Below, in pieces: positions 10,363 to 19,082 of a stretch of 64,000 bases of DNA. Both the position numbers and the translations under genes were made by a program. The notes under the pieces are model-generated. The model ran no database searches, was not told where the DNA came from, and worked only from the letters and a program-made list of their open reading frames with translations. Within the stretch, counting starts at the first letter, position 1; each line of letters opens with the position of its first letter. The stretch covers positions 14,797 to 78,796 of the forward strand of contig CAWATP010000007.1 of NCBI GenBank assembly GCA_963784905.1, written 5' to 3'. The stretch comes from an uncultured Actinomycetota bacterium (GTDB lineage Bacteria > Actinomycetota > Actinomycetes > S36-B12 > UBA5976).

Positions 10363-10424
10363 CGACCGTCTGCGCTGCAGGTTGAGTATTCCTGCTCAAT
10401 CTCAACCTGCAGCGCAGACGGTCG
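10363..10424 (-). terminator. Perfect 24-bp inverted repeat with 14-nt loop downstream of the liv operon
   Basis: Arms cgaccgtctgcgctgcaggttgag (10363-10386) and ctcaacctgcagcgcagacggtcg (10401-10424). It lies 7 nt past the livF stop. No clear U-tract on the liv (minus) side; gtttt follows on the plus side. Confidence 0.4.
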
Positions 10425-10430
10425 AGGGTT

Positions 10431-11153
10431 TTAGTGTTTGGCGCCGGTGCCGAGGTAGGCGGCTTTGACGGCATCATCGTGCAGCAGGTCTTTGGCGTTG
10501 CCTGACATCACCACAGCGCCGGTCTCCAGCACGTAGGCACGGTGAGCCACCGTGAGCGCCTTCTGTGCATTCTGTTCGACCAGCACCACGGTCATGCCTT
10601 CTTGGTTGATCTTCGTGATGATGTCAAAGATCTGCGCGACAATCATGGGTGCAAGACCCATCGAAGGCTCGTCCAGCAGTAGCAGTGTGGGCCGCGCCAT
10701 AAGCGCCCTGCCGATCGCGACCATCTGCTGCTCGCCACCGGACAACGTGCCCGCGGCTTGGCCGGAGCGCTCTTTCACGCGAGGAAACAGGTCGTATACG
10801 TAGTCAAGATCTTGCTTCATCTCGGCGCGGGCGGTCTTGCGGTGGTACTTGCCCATCTCAAGATTCTCCAGCACGGTCATACCGGGGAATATGCCGCGGC
10901 CTTCTGGCACCTGCGAGATTCCAAGATCGACTCGTGCATACGGCGCGACGGTCGCAATGTCCGCGCCATTGAAGTGCATGGTTCCGGCAGTCGGCTTGAG
11001 GATGCCGGACACGGTCTTCAGCGTGGTGGTCTTGCCGGCGCCGTTGGCGCCGATGATGGACACGATCTCACCCTGATCAGCGCTGAAGGAAACCCCTTGC
11101 AGGGCCTCGATCTTGCCGTAGTGGACGTGCAGTTCCTTGATCTCAAGCAGCAT
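10431..11153 (-). CDS. livF: Branched-chain amino acid ABC transporter ATP-binding protein
   Basis: Walker A GANGAGKTT, signature LSGGEQQ, Walker B LLLLDEPS. Start trimmed to ATG 11153 (MLLEIKEL), which overlaps the livG stop. Confidence 0.85.
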   Translation of the reverse strand: MLLEIKELHVHYGKIEALQGVSFSADQGEIVSIIGANGAGKTTTLKTVSGILKPTAGTMHFNGADIATVAPYARVDLGISQVPEGRGIFPGMTVLENLEMGKYHRKTARAEMKQDLDYVYDLFPRVKERSGQAAGTLSGGEQQMVAIGRALMARPTLLLLDEPSMGLAPMIVAQIFDIITKINQEGMTVVLVEQNAQKALTVAHRAYVLETGAVVMSGNAKDLLHDDAVKAAYLGTGAKH

Positions 11154-11919
11154 CAGTCGGCACTCCAAGGTAGGCGGCGATGACACGCTCGTCGTTCTGA
11201 ATGTCAGCGGGTAGGCCGTCAGCGATTTTGCTGCCGAAGTCGAGCACCATGACGCGGTCGGAGATGCTCATCACAAGACTCATGTCGTGTTCGATGAGCA
11301 ACACCGTGAAGCCGCGATCGCGGATGGCCTTGATCTGTTCGCCGAGCGCTTCTTTTTCCACTGGCGTGAACCCTGCGGCGGGTTCGTCGAGAAGCAGCAA
11401 TTCCGGATTCGTCGCCAGCGCGCGGCAGATTTCGAGCCGTCGCTGATCTCCGTAGGGCAGGCTTTTGGCGCTGTCGAGTGCGCGGTGTGCGATCCCCATG
11501 AAGTCCATGAGTTCCATAGCCCGGTCGTGTGCGGCGCGTTCTTCCGCGCGTTTTCGCGGCAAGCCGAGCAGTGCGCCCACGACTGACGACTTGGCGTGTG
11601 CATCCGCACCAACGAGGACGTTCTCGAGTGCCGTCATTTCGTGGAAGAGACGGATATTTTGGAAGGTGCGAGCAATGCCTGAACGCGTGATATCCGAACG
11701 CTTCTTGCCCACGAGCGACGTGCCATTGAATTCGATATCGCCCTGAGTGGGGGCGTAAACGCCAGTGACGACGTTAAACACGGTCGTCTTGCCTGCGCCA
11801 TTCGGGCCTATCAATGCGGCGATTTCACCTTCGCGCACCTCAATGGACACGTCGTCTAGCGCCGTGACACCACCGAAACGCATGGTGACGTGCTTGAACT
11901 CCAAGAGAGCGTCACGCAT
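11143..11919 (-). CDS. livG: Branched-chain amino acid ABC transporter ATP-binding protein
   Basis: Walker A GPNGAGKTT, LPYGDQRRLEI, LLLLDEPAAG. Start trimmed to ATG 11919 (MRDALLEFK). Confidence 0.85.
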   Translation of the reverse strand: MRDALLEFKHVTMRFGGVTALDDVSIEVREGEIAALIGPNGAGKTTVFNVVTGVYAPTQGDIEFNGTSLVGKKRSDITRSGIARTFQNIRLFHEMTALENVLVGADAHAKSSVVGALLGLPRKRAEERAAHDRAMELMDFMGIAHRALDSAKSLPYGDQRRLEICRALATNPELLLLDEPAAGFTPVEKEALGEQIKAIRDRGFTVLLIEHDMSLVMSISDRVMVLDFGSKIADGLPADIQNDERVIAAYLGVPTDAA

Positions 11920-12973
11920 GATCAACCACCTTTGCTCGAACCTTCTTGGGTGGCACAACGCGAGCCCTGCCCGTGCGGCGGGGGAGTAGACCCTCGGGGC
12001 GGAGGTTCATCATGACGACGAGCGCAGCGCCAAACATCAGCACTCGGTATTCGCTGAATCCGCGCAGCCGTTCGGGCAGGTACGAAACCGCGAAGGCTCC
12101 AAGCACGACGCCAGGAACGTTGCCTGATCCGCCGAGCACGACGATCGCGATGAACATCACCGACAAATTCAGCGGGAAGTTATCGGGCGAAATGAAGCTG
12201 GCCTTTGCTGCGTACAAGACGCCGCCGAGACCACCAATACCCGCGCCGATGGCGAAGGCCCACAACTTGTACTTGAGCGTCTGGACGCCCATGAGCTCAG
12301 CCGCATCTTCGTCTTCACGGATGGCTTCCCACGCTCGACCGACGCGCGAGCGGTCGAGACGCTTGAGCAGCCAGATGATCATGACGATGAGCGCGAGCAA
12401 GACCCAGTAGAACGGCTTCGGATCCAGGATGTCCTCGAACGACAGCGGTCCAAGTGGCGACGGCCACGGGATGTTGGGAATGCCCCGGGCTGCTCCGAGC
12501 CAGTCGGTGTTCAGCGCCGTGATGCGCACGATCTCGCCGAACCCCATGGTGACAATGGCCAGGTAATCGCCGCGCAAACGCAAGGTGGGCAAGCCCAAGA
12601 TGACGCCTGCAGCCATCGCGACGAACATGCCGAAGGGCAGGATCAACCAGAACGACCAGTTGAGCAGTGTGCCCAACTGCGCCATCGTGTATGCGCCGAT
12701 TGCGAAGAACGCGACGTAGCCAAGGTCAAGCAGGCCGGCCTTACCCACCACCACATTGAGGCCGAGACCCATGAGGATGTAGAGGCCGATCTTGTCGAAC
12801 AGGAGAGTTGGAAAGTCCGAGTCCGGCGTGTTGAGCAGCGGCACAGTGAGCATGGGCAGCACGACGAGAAATGCGACAAACGCTGCGGTAAGCAGCCAGC
12901 GCACAAGCTGCGGGAGCGCACGCCAACCGTCGCCAATGCGCTCACTGACCATGGTGAGTGGATTGGTCATCAT
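11912..12973 (-). CDS. livM: Branched-chain amino acid ABC transporter permease
   Basis: Polytopic membrane protein sitting in the LivM position between livH and livG, with 4- and 8-nt overlaps to its neighbours. Confidence 0.85.
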   Translation of the reverse strand: MMTNPLTMVSERIGDGWRALPQLVRWLLTAAFVAFLVVLPMLTVPLLNTPDSDFPTLLFDKIGLYILMGLGLNVVVGKAGLLDLGYVAFFAIGAYTMAQLGTLLNWSFWLILPFGMFVAMAAGVILGLPTLRLRGDYLAIVTMGFGEIVRITALNTDWLGAARGIPNIPWPSPLGPLSFEDILDPKPFYWVLLALIVMIIWLLKRLDRSRVGRAWEAIREDEDAAELMGVQTLKYKLWAFAIGAGIGGLGGVLYAAKASFISPDNFPLNLSVMFIAIVVLGGSGNVPGVVLGAFAVSYLPERLRGFSEYRVLMFGAALVVMMNLRPEGLLPRRTGRARVVPPKKVRAKVVDHA

Positions 12974-13926
12974 GCCCTCGCCTTCTGCATGGTTTCACCC
13001 AAAATGCCGGTAGGCCGGAACATGAGCACCGCAACCAGGATCACGAATGCGACGACGTCTCGCCACGAGGCGCCAAAGACTGCTCCACCCCAAGACTCGA
13101 CAATGCCAAGCACAATGCCACCGAGCAGCGCACCGCGAAGGTTGCCGATGCCACCGAGAACGGCGGCGGTGAACGCCTTCATGCCAAGGATGACGCCGAT
13201 GCTGAAGCGCGTCTGTTCGTAGTAGACCTCGTTGAGTGCGCCCGCGAAGCCAGCCATCAGGCCGCCCAGGAGGAAGGTGACGCTGATGACCCGGTCGATG
13301 TTCACGCCCATCAGGATGGACGTGTCAGGGCTCTGCGCGACAGCGCGGATACCGCGGCCGAGTCGGGTGCGCGCAATGAAGCGTTCGAGCGCCCACATCA
13401 TCGCGATGGCAGCTACCAAGATGATGAGTTTGTCGGTGCGGATATCGGCGCCGAAAACGGTGAAGAGCGTCTGCTTCTCCAGGAAGCGGGGGAACGCTTC
13501 GTAATTGCGTCCGCGCCAAACGGCAATGGCTTCCTGCAGAAAGAGCGAGGCGCCGATGGCACTGATCAGGGCCGTGAGGCGAGAAGCTCCGCGCTTACGC
13601 AAGCGGCGATAGGCGATGCGCTCAAGCACGACGGCTGCTGTGCCTGACACGAGCATTGACAACAAGCAAACGGCTACGAGCGTTACGACCAAGGAAAGGC
13701 CAGTGCGGTACTCACCGATCGCAGGGATGCCCATGATCTGGGTAGCAAACAACGCGCCGAAGGTGCCCAGCATGAAGATCTCGGAGTGGGCAAAGTTGAT
13801 GAGACGCAGCACGCCGTACACCAAGGTGTAGCCGAGTGCGACGAGCGCATAGATCGAGCCGAGCACGAGACCATCGAAGGTCAGCGCCCCGAACTGGCTT
13901 GTGAGGGTATGGAAATCCATTGGCAT
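12970..13926 (-). CDS. livH: Branched-chain amino acid ABC transporter permease
   Basis: 318-aa polytopic permease beginning LVLGSIYALVALGYTLVYGVLRLINFAHSE, as expected for LivH. Confidence 0.85.
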   Translation of the reverse strand: MPMDFHTLTSQFGALTFDGLVLGSIYALVALGYTLVYGVLRLINFAHSEIFMLGTFGALFATQIMGIPAIGEYRTGLSLVVTLVAVCLLSMLVSGTAAVVLERIAYRRLRKRGASRLTALISAIGASLFLQEAIAVWRGRNYEAFPRFLEKQTLFTVFGADIRTDKLIILVAAIAMMWALERFIARTRLGRGIRAVAQSPDTSILMGVNIDRVISVTFLLGGLMAGFAGALNEVYYEQTRFSIGVILGMKAFTAAVLGGIGNLRGALLGGIVLGIVESWGGAVFGASWRDVVAFVILVAVLMFRPTGILGETMQKARA

Positions 13927-13939
13927 CCCGGTTCGTGAA

Positions 13940-13973
13940 GAAGGGGGGAGCGCCCGTGGGCGCTCCCCCCTTC
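13940..13973 (-). terminator. Intra-operon GC-rich hairpin between the binding-protein gene and livH
   Basis: Stem gaaggggggagcgcc paired with ggcgctccccccttc around a 4-nt loop, 26 nt after the binding-protein stop. This is the usual position of partial terminators or mRNA stabilisers in ABC operons. Confidence 0.4.
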
Positions 13974-13999
13974 CGAGTGCGAGCAGTCTAGGCCGAGGC

Positions 14000-15151
14000 C
14001 TACTTGAGCAGGACGCCCTTGGTGGTGCCGTCTGCCTGGAAGGTGTAGGCGTAGATGGCGCCGCCGCTGAGCTCGCCCGTGGGGCCGAACTTCAGCGTCT
14101 TGGTGAGACCAACGAAGGACTTGGTGCTGACGTACTTCTGGATCGTCGCGCGGCTGGTGTTCCCGGCCTTGATCGCGGCGAGCAGGAAGTTGGCGCAGTC
14201 ATAGGCCTCGGCAGAGTAGGTGCCCGAATCCTGCTTGAAGGCCTTCTTGTAGGCGGCGGCGTAGGCCGGACCACCCTTGATGTCCGTCACAGGAGCGGTC
14301 GGTGCCGTGACAATGGCACCGGCGCCAGCAGGGCCTGCCGCGGTGAAGAAGCCGGGGTCGAGGGCGCCGTCGTCAGAGACGAACTTGGCAGACACGCCAC
14401 CATCCTTGAGCTGCTTGGCGAGGCGACCAGCCTCTGCGTAGTAACCGCCGTAGTAGACGACCGTCGCGCCGGAAGCCTTGACCTTGGAGACGGTGGACGA
14501 GAAGTCCTGCGCCTTGGGATCAATGGATTCGCGTGCAACGACACCCGAGCCGAGGCCGCTGGCGACGATGTCGGCCAGGCCCTTGCCGTAGTCGGAGGCG
14601 TCATCAATGACGGCAACCTTGGTGCCCTTGAGCGTCGTCTTGATGTACTTCACGGCAGCAGCACCCTGCAGTGCGTCCGTGGCGACTGCGCGGTGGAAAA
14701 TCTTCCAGCCGTTGGTCGACAGGGCAGGGTTGGTGGCCGAAGGCGTGATGATGGGGAGACCCACGCGGTTGAAGATCGGGTTGGCAACAGCGGACTCACC
14801 CGAGAATGCCGGGCCGACGATGCCGACGATGCAGGCATCCTTGATGGCCTTCTGCGCCAAGGCCGGGGCCTGTGCCGGGTCGCCCTGGCTGTCGAAAGCC
14901 TTGAACAGCACCTTCACCGCCGGCTTCTTGGCGTTGAACTGCTGCACGGCGAGCTTGGCACCCTGCGAGATGTTGACGCCGAGGTTGCCAGCGTCACCGG
15001 TCTGCGCGCCGAAGAACGCGATGGTGAGTGACTTGCAGCCTGCGGGAAGCTTGGCTGCGGCAGAAGCGGTGGTTGCGGTACCGGCGATGACGCCGAGACC
15101 GAGCGCGGCGGCGGCAAGGGCGCCGACCACGCGACGGGTACGAATATGCAT
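14000..15151 (-). CDS. Branched-chain amino acid ABC transporter substrate-binding protein (secreted)
   Basis: Signal peptide MHIRTRRVVGALAAAALGLGVIAGTATTASA, type I periplasmic binding fold (LivJ/K-like), and a GGAGGGA RBS 7 nt upstream. Confidence 0.85.
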   Translation of the reverse strand: MHIRTRRVVGALAAAALGLGVIAGTATTASAAAKLPAGCKSLTIAFFGAQTGDAGNLGVNISQGAKLAVQQFNAKKPAVKVLFKAFDSQGDPAQAPALAQKAIKDACIVGIVGPAFSGESAVANPIFNRVGLPIITPSATNPALSTNGWKIFHRAVATDALQGAAAVKYIKTTLKGTKVAVIDDASDYGKGLADIVASGLGSGVVARESIDPKAQDFSSTVSKVKASGATVVYYGGYYAEAGRLAKQLKDGGVSAKFVSDDGALDPGFFTAAGPAGAGAIVTAPTAPVTDIKGGPAYAAAYKKAFKQDSGTYSAEAYDCANFLLAAIKAGNTSRATIQKYVSTKSFVGLTKTLKFGPTGELSGGAIYAYTFQADGTTKGVLLK

Positions 15152-15338
15152 TGGGTCTTCCCTCCAGAAAACGGTAGGCGCAACGGTAATGGGGCTTGTT
15201 GCGCCGCGGTGACGAAGTCACCCGAAAACGGGAGTTTGACCGTCAAAACGTTATTGCGATCGCCCAATGAGACGTTTTGTCTCAGATAGTGGACAGATTT
15301 TCGCTTGGGGCATGCATTCGGCGCGTCTCGTGTCGCGG

Positions 15339-16241
15339 CTATTCGTCGTTCTTGCCGCGGGATTCCATCTGCGCGAGGAATTGCTCGACCTGGGCTGCAA
15401 TGGTGTCTTCGGCGGTGGGCGTGGAGCCGTCGCCGTCGTCCTTGCTGCGTTCGGCCAGCAATGCGTCGTACTGCGCTTCAAGTTGCTGAACAGCTTCTCG
15501 GTTCTCGGCATTGTTCTGCAGCTGATCGGTGAGCTCGCCATCCGCTTCTTGAGCGGCCTCGCGCAAAGAGTCGGTGGGCAACATGAGCCCCGTGGCTAGC
15601 GACACCTCTCGCACGAGGGCAAGTGCACTGCCCGGATGCCCGACCGCCGCGAGGTAATGCGGCACGTGTGCCGCGAAGCCCATGGCGGGAATCCCTTCGA
15701 GCCCGAGTTGGTACTCGAGCAATCCGGCCAGACTGGCCGGCACCTGCATGTCGCCCACCCATGACTTGCGGCCGGCGATGAGTTCGGGCTGATTGGCGTG
15801 CACGGTGATAGCCACGGGTCGCGTGTGCGGTGAAGGGAAGGGCACCGCAAGCATGCTCACACTGAGCGAGATGCCGACCTCGCCGATGAACGTGGCGACG
15901 TCTTGCATAATCGATTGCCAACCGAAGTCAGGCTCAATACCGTGCAGGATGAAGAAACCCGCCCCCCGTTCGTCGCGGCAGGCCGAGATACGCAGCGACG
16001 GCATCTCGGCATCGGTGTAGTGATCGGAGGCGAAGGTGAGGCGCGGGCGACGACCGCGGTAGTCGTAGATGTCGTCGATGTCGAACTCCGCAACGTCGAC
16101 ATGTTCCACGGATTCCAACAGGTGGTCAGTGGCGATGCGCACCGCGGCGCCCGCCTCCAAAAAGCCGGTGAACCCGTAGATAAGCACGGGGTTGTCGAAC
16201 TTGGGAACGTCGGCAATCAGCCGTAGACGGTTGTACAGCAT
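15339..16241 (-). CDS. PAC2 (proteasome assembly chaperone 2-like) family protein
   Basis: N-terminus MLYNRL..PVLIYGFTGFLEAGAA and an acidic C-terminal tail match actinobacterial PAC2 proteins. ATG 16241 has a GGAGGG RBS. Confidence 0.75.
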   Translation of the reverse strand: MLYNRLRLIADVPKFDNPVLIYGFTGFLEAGAAVRIATDHLLESVEHVDVAEFDIDDIYDYRGRRPRLTFASDHYTDAEMPSLRISACRDERGAGFFILHGIEPDFGWQSIMQDVATFIGEVGISLSVSMLAVPFPSPHTRPVAITVHANQPELIAGRKSWVGDMQVPASLAGLLEYQLGLEGIPAMGFAAHVPHYLAAVGHPGSALALVREVSLATGLMLPTDSLREAAQEADGELTDQLQNNAENREAVQQLEAQYDALLAERSKDDGDGSTPTAEDTIAAQVEQFLAQMESRGKNDE

Positions 16242-16470
16242 GCGCCCTCCAGTTCGCTCAAGCATTCTGAGGGTACAACGCGCGACTGCACGAGTCTGTT
16301 CCGCTCCGGTTGTATGGGTTGTCGAGTCGACCGCCGAATGGCTTTGGTGAACCGAGGCAACGCGCTACCGGTACCCTGAGGCGGGAATACGGGGGAGCGC
16401 TCACGGCGTTCTCTTCCGGTTACGCGCGAACTCACCCGCGATTCACCCCGCAGAGCATCAAGGGACCTAC

Positions 16471-18078
16471 ATGTCGAAGAAAGTCCACGACCACAGCCAA
16501 CCGCTGACGCACAAGCAGATCCTCGTGATCCTCTCGGGTTTGATGATGGGCCTATTGCTCGCAGCGCTCGACCAGACAATCGTCTCGACGGCGCTGAAGC
16601 GCATTGTCGAAGATTTCAACGGCCTCGAGCACTACTCCTGGGTGGTTACCGCGTACCTGCTGACGTCAACAGCGGCCACACCGCTGTACGGCAAGATCTC
16701 GGACATCTACGGAAGACGCCATGTCTTCCAGTTCGCCATCGTTGTGTTTCTCATTGGCTCGCTGCTCTCTGGCGCGTCGCAATCGATGGGCCAGCTGATC
16801 GCCTTCCGCGCGGTGCAGGGCATTGGCGCTGGTGGCCTGATGGCCATGACCTTCGCCATCATCGGCGACATCATTCCCCCGCGCGAGCGCGGTAAATACC
16901 AGGGGTACTTCGGTGCGGTTTGGGGTCTGTCCTCGGTCGCTGGCCCGCTGCTCGGTGGCTTCTTCTCCGACCAGGCCACTTTGCTGGGCACTGACGGATG
17001 GCGCTGGATCTTCTACATCAACATGCCGTTCGGCATCGCCGCACTCGTGATTACGTCGATCGTGCTGCACATTCCGAGCGTTCGTGTGAATCACAAGATC
17101 GACTTCGTCGGCGCGACGTTGATGGTCTCGGGCACGAGCTCGATTCTGCTTGCGCTCTCCTATGCCGGTCCGACCTTCGGTTGGAGCGACACTGCCACCC
17201 TGGGCTTCGCCGGTGTCGGCGTCACCTTGGCGGTGCTGTTCGTGTGGTGGGAGTCGCGTGCTGCCGAGCCGATCCTGAGCCTCACCCTGTTCCAGAACCG
17301 CACCTTCAGCGTCACAAGCATCGTCGGCTTCATCACCGGTGCCGGCATGTTCGGTGCCATCGTCATGCTGCCGCTCTACCTGCAGGTCGTGAAGGGTGCG
17401 ACGGCAACCGAGTCCGGTCTGCAGCTGCTGCCCATGATGCTGGGTATCGTGAGCATGTCGATCTTCTCGGGCAAGAAGATCTCGTCCTCCGGCGAGTACC
17501 GCATGTTCCCCATCGCCGGTGCACTGCTCATGACCGTCGGCATTTTGTCGCTCTTGCTCCTTGCCATTGATACGCCGTACTGGCAGTTGGCGATCGCAAT
17601 GGTGCTGATCGGCTGGGGTCTTGGCGCTTCCATGCAGCCGCTGGTTATTGCGGTGCAGAACGCGGTGGATTTCAAGGACATGGGCATTGCGACCAGTGCG
17701 AGCACCTTCTTCCGTTCCCTTGGTTCGGTTGTGGGCACAGCCGTTTTCGGCGCCATCCTCACGTCCAAACTCCACGAGCATCTGGCCTCGCAGTTTGCGA
17801 CGCTCGCACAGGCGAATCCGCAGGCCGTCGCGGGCATCAGCCCGGCCGATGTGGCTGCCTTCAGCAACAACACCGAGGCCCTCGCCACACTGCCGCCGGT
17901 TGTGCGGACCGCGGTGCTGCAGGCATTCGTCGACACCTTCCATAACGTGTTCTTGGCAGCGGCCCCGGTCACCGCGCTGGCATTCCTCTTCGCGCTCGCC
18001 ATTCCCGTGGTTGAGCTTCGTTCTGGTGCCGAGCACGCACAGGCTCGCGCAGATGCGGTGGCAGAGTCAGCCGTCTGA
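16471..18078 (+). CDS. MFS transporter, DHA2 (EmrB/QacA) 14-TMS drug:H+ antiporter family
   Basis: 535 aa with LDQTIVSTAL, GKISDIYGRR and FRAVQGIGAGGLM motifs. Confidence 0.85.
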   Translation: MSKKVHDHSQPLTHKQILVILSGLMMGLLLAALDQTIVSTALKRIVEDFNGLEHYSWVVTAYLLTSTAATPLYGKISDIYGRRHVFQFAIVVFLIGSLLSGASQSMGQLIAFRAVQGIGAGGLMAMTFAIIGDIIPPRERGKYQGYFGAVWGLSSVAGPLLGGFFSDQATLLGTDGWRWIFYINMPFGIAALVITSIVLHIPSVRVNHKIDFVGATLMVSGTSSILLALSYAGPTFGWSDTATLGFAGVGVTLAVLFVWWESRAAEPILSLTLFQNRTFSVTSIVGFITGAGMFGAIVMLPLYLQVVKGATATESGLQLLPMMLGIVSMSIFSGKKISSSGEYRMFPIAGALLMTVGILSLLLLAIDTPYWQLAIAMVLIGWGLGASMQPLVIAVQNAVDFKDMGIATSASTFFRSLGSVVGTAVFGAILTSKLHEHLASQFATLAQANPQAVAGISPADVAAFSNNTEALATLPPVVRTAVLQAFVDTFHNVFLAAAPVTALAFLFALAIPVVELRSGAEHAQARADAVAESAV

Positions 18079-18093
18079 TCGCAAACATGAAAA

Positions 18094-18121
18094 GGCCCCA
18101 CAACCGCGCGGTTGTGGGGCC
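18094..18121. terminator. Bidirectional intrinsic terminator between convergent genes
   Basis: Perfect stem ggccccacaaccg / cggttgtggggcc, flanked by aaaa upstream and ttt downstream. Confidence 0.6.
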
Positions 18122-18166
18122 TTTCGCGGTAACGGCCTATGCAGGGGCCGTCACCTCATTGGCGCT

Positions 18167-18871
18167 TCAGACCGTGGGGACAATCACGGTGATGCGCTTT
18201 GCCGTGCAGACCGCAGGCGTTGTGGGGGTGCAAATCGCCTGGACGGACACGGCCGGGAAGCCGGTGAGGGACGCAACGGTGACCGCCGCGCCGGCCTTGG
18301 AGACAACGGTGGCGGTATCCGTTTGGATGGTCACCGTAGTGCCAAGAATCGTCTTGCCCTTGAAGGTGTTGTCAGAGCCGACCTCGGGCTCATTGGTCAC
18401 AACTACGCCGAGCACACCAGCTGCATTCGAGATAACTACGCCACGGACGCCAAGGTTGAGCCGCAGCGGCTTGACGACGGGTGCCATCGCGTAGATGCGA
18501 GATGCGGTGCAAACGATCGGGGTTCCGGCGACGCAGGTGGCGCGCAGGTTGACCCGGTCATTCACGGCAATCGTGGTGAATGCAGCAGCAGTGCCGCCAC
18601 GCTTCACGACAGTGGTGCTGTCGCTCTTAACCGTGACGATGGCATGGTGCAGGGCCCTGGCCAGCGTCTTGGAGATGTGGGAGTCCGAATTCTCGGCGAC
18701 GAACACCGTCACGGTGCTCGTGTCGACGACGGTCTTCACGGTACCGACGATTTCGATTGATGCAGCGACGGGCTTCTTGCCATCGTGGTCCTTGTTGTTA
18801 TCGGCAAATGCCGGTGCGGTGGCGAGCGCCAGAGCCGTTACTGCTGCGGTCACAATCGTGAAGCGTTTCAT
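18167..18871 (-). CDS. Secreted protein with two tandem beta-rich domains (DUF5666-like), function unknown
   Basis: Signal peptide MKRFTIVTAAVTALALATAPAFA and an AAGGAGG RBS 6 nt upstream of ATG 18871. Two internal repeats of about 100 aa each end in a C-x6-7-VCTA-x-RI cysteine pair. Confidence 0.6.
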   Translation of the reverse strand: MKRFTIVTAAVTALALATAPAFADNNKDHDGKKPVAASIEIVGTVKTVVDTSTVTVFVAENSDSHISKTLARALHHAIVTVKSDSTTVVKRGGTAAAFTTIAVNDRVNLRATCVAGTPIVCTASRIYAMAPVVKPLRLNLGVRGVVISNAAGVLGVVVTNEPEVGSDNTFKGKTILGTTVTIQTDTATVVSKAGAAVTVASLTGFPAVSVQAICTPTTPAVCTAKRITVIVPTV

Positions 18872-19082
18872 CGTTTTCCTCCTTGGGGTCCGCAGGTGCG
18901 GAACCATCTACAAGGAAATGTAATCGCGGGGTCTTGTGAGAATTCTGTGTCTGCACTGAGAGGGGATGCCGAACTGGGTTAAAGCCAGATAAAGCCAAAG
19001 GTAGCCCTGGCTAAAGGACGTTGGATCTGGGCTCGACACCGTGAGGAGACGTACGCTTCCAGCATCCGTCCGAGGAGTAGGT

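Noticed and set aside
16666-18036. 456-aa minus-strand ORF antisense to the MFS transporter. Similar long antisense ORFs occur at 13901-15031, 49423-50304, 44129-44944, 55344-56123 and 62640-63296.
   Set aside because: Stop-poor antisense frames are a known high-GC artefact. The products are low-complexity and rich in R, G, A and H, carry no recognisable motifs or RBS, and each mirrors a gene with clear family motifs on the other strand.
18908-19082. Relatively AT-rich stretch with repeated aaagcca motifs upstream of the amylase gene, considered as a small RNA or operator.
   Set aside because: The repeats are short and imperfect, and no terminator or promoter pair defines an RNA. It most likely just contains the divergent promoters.
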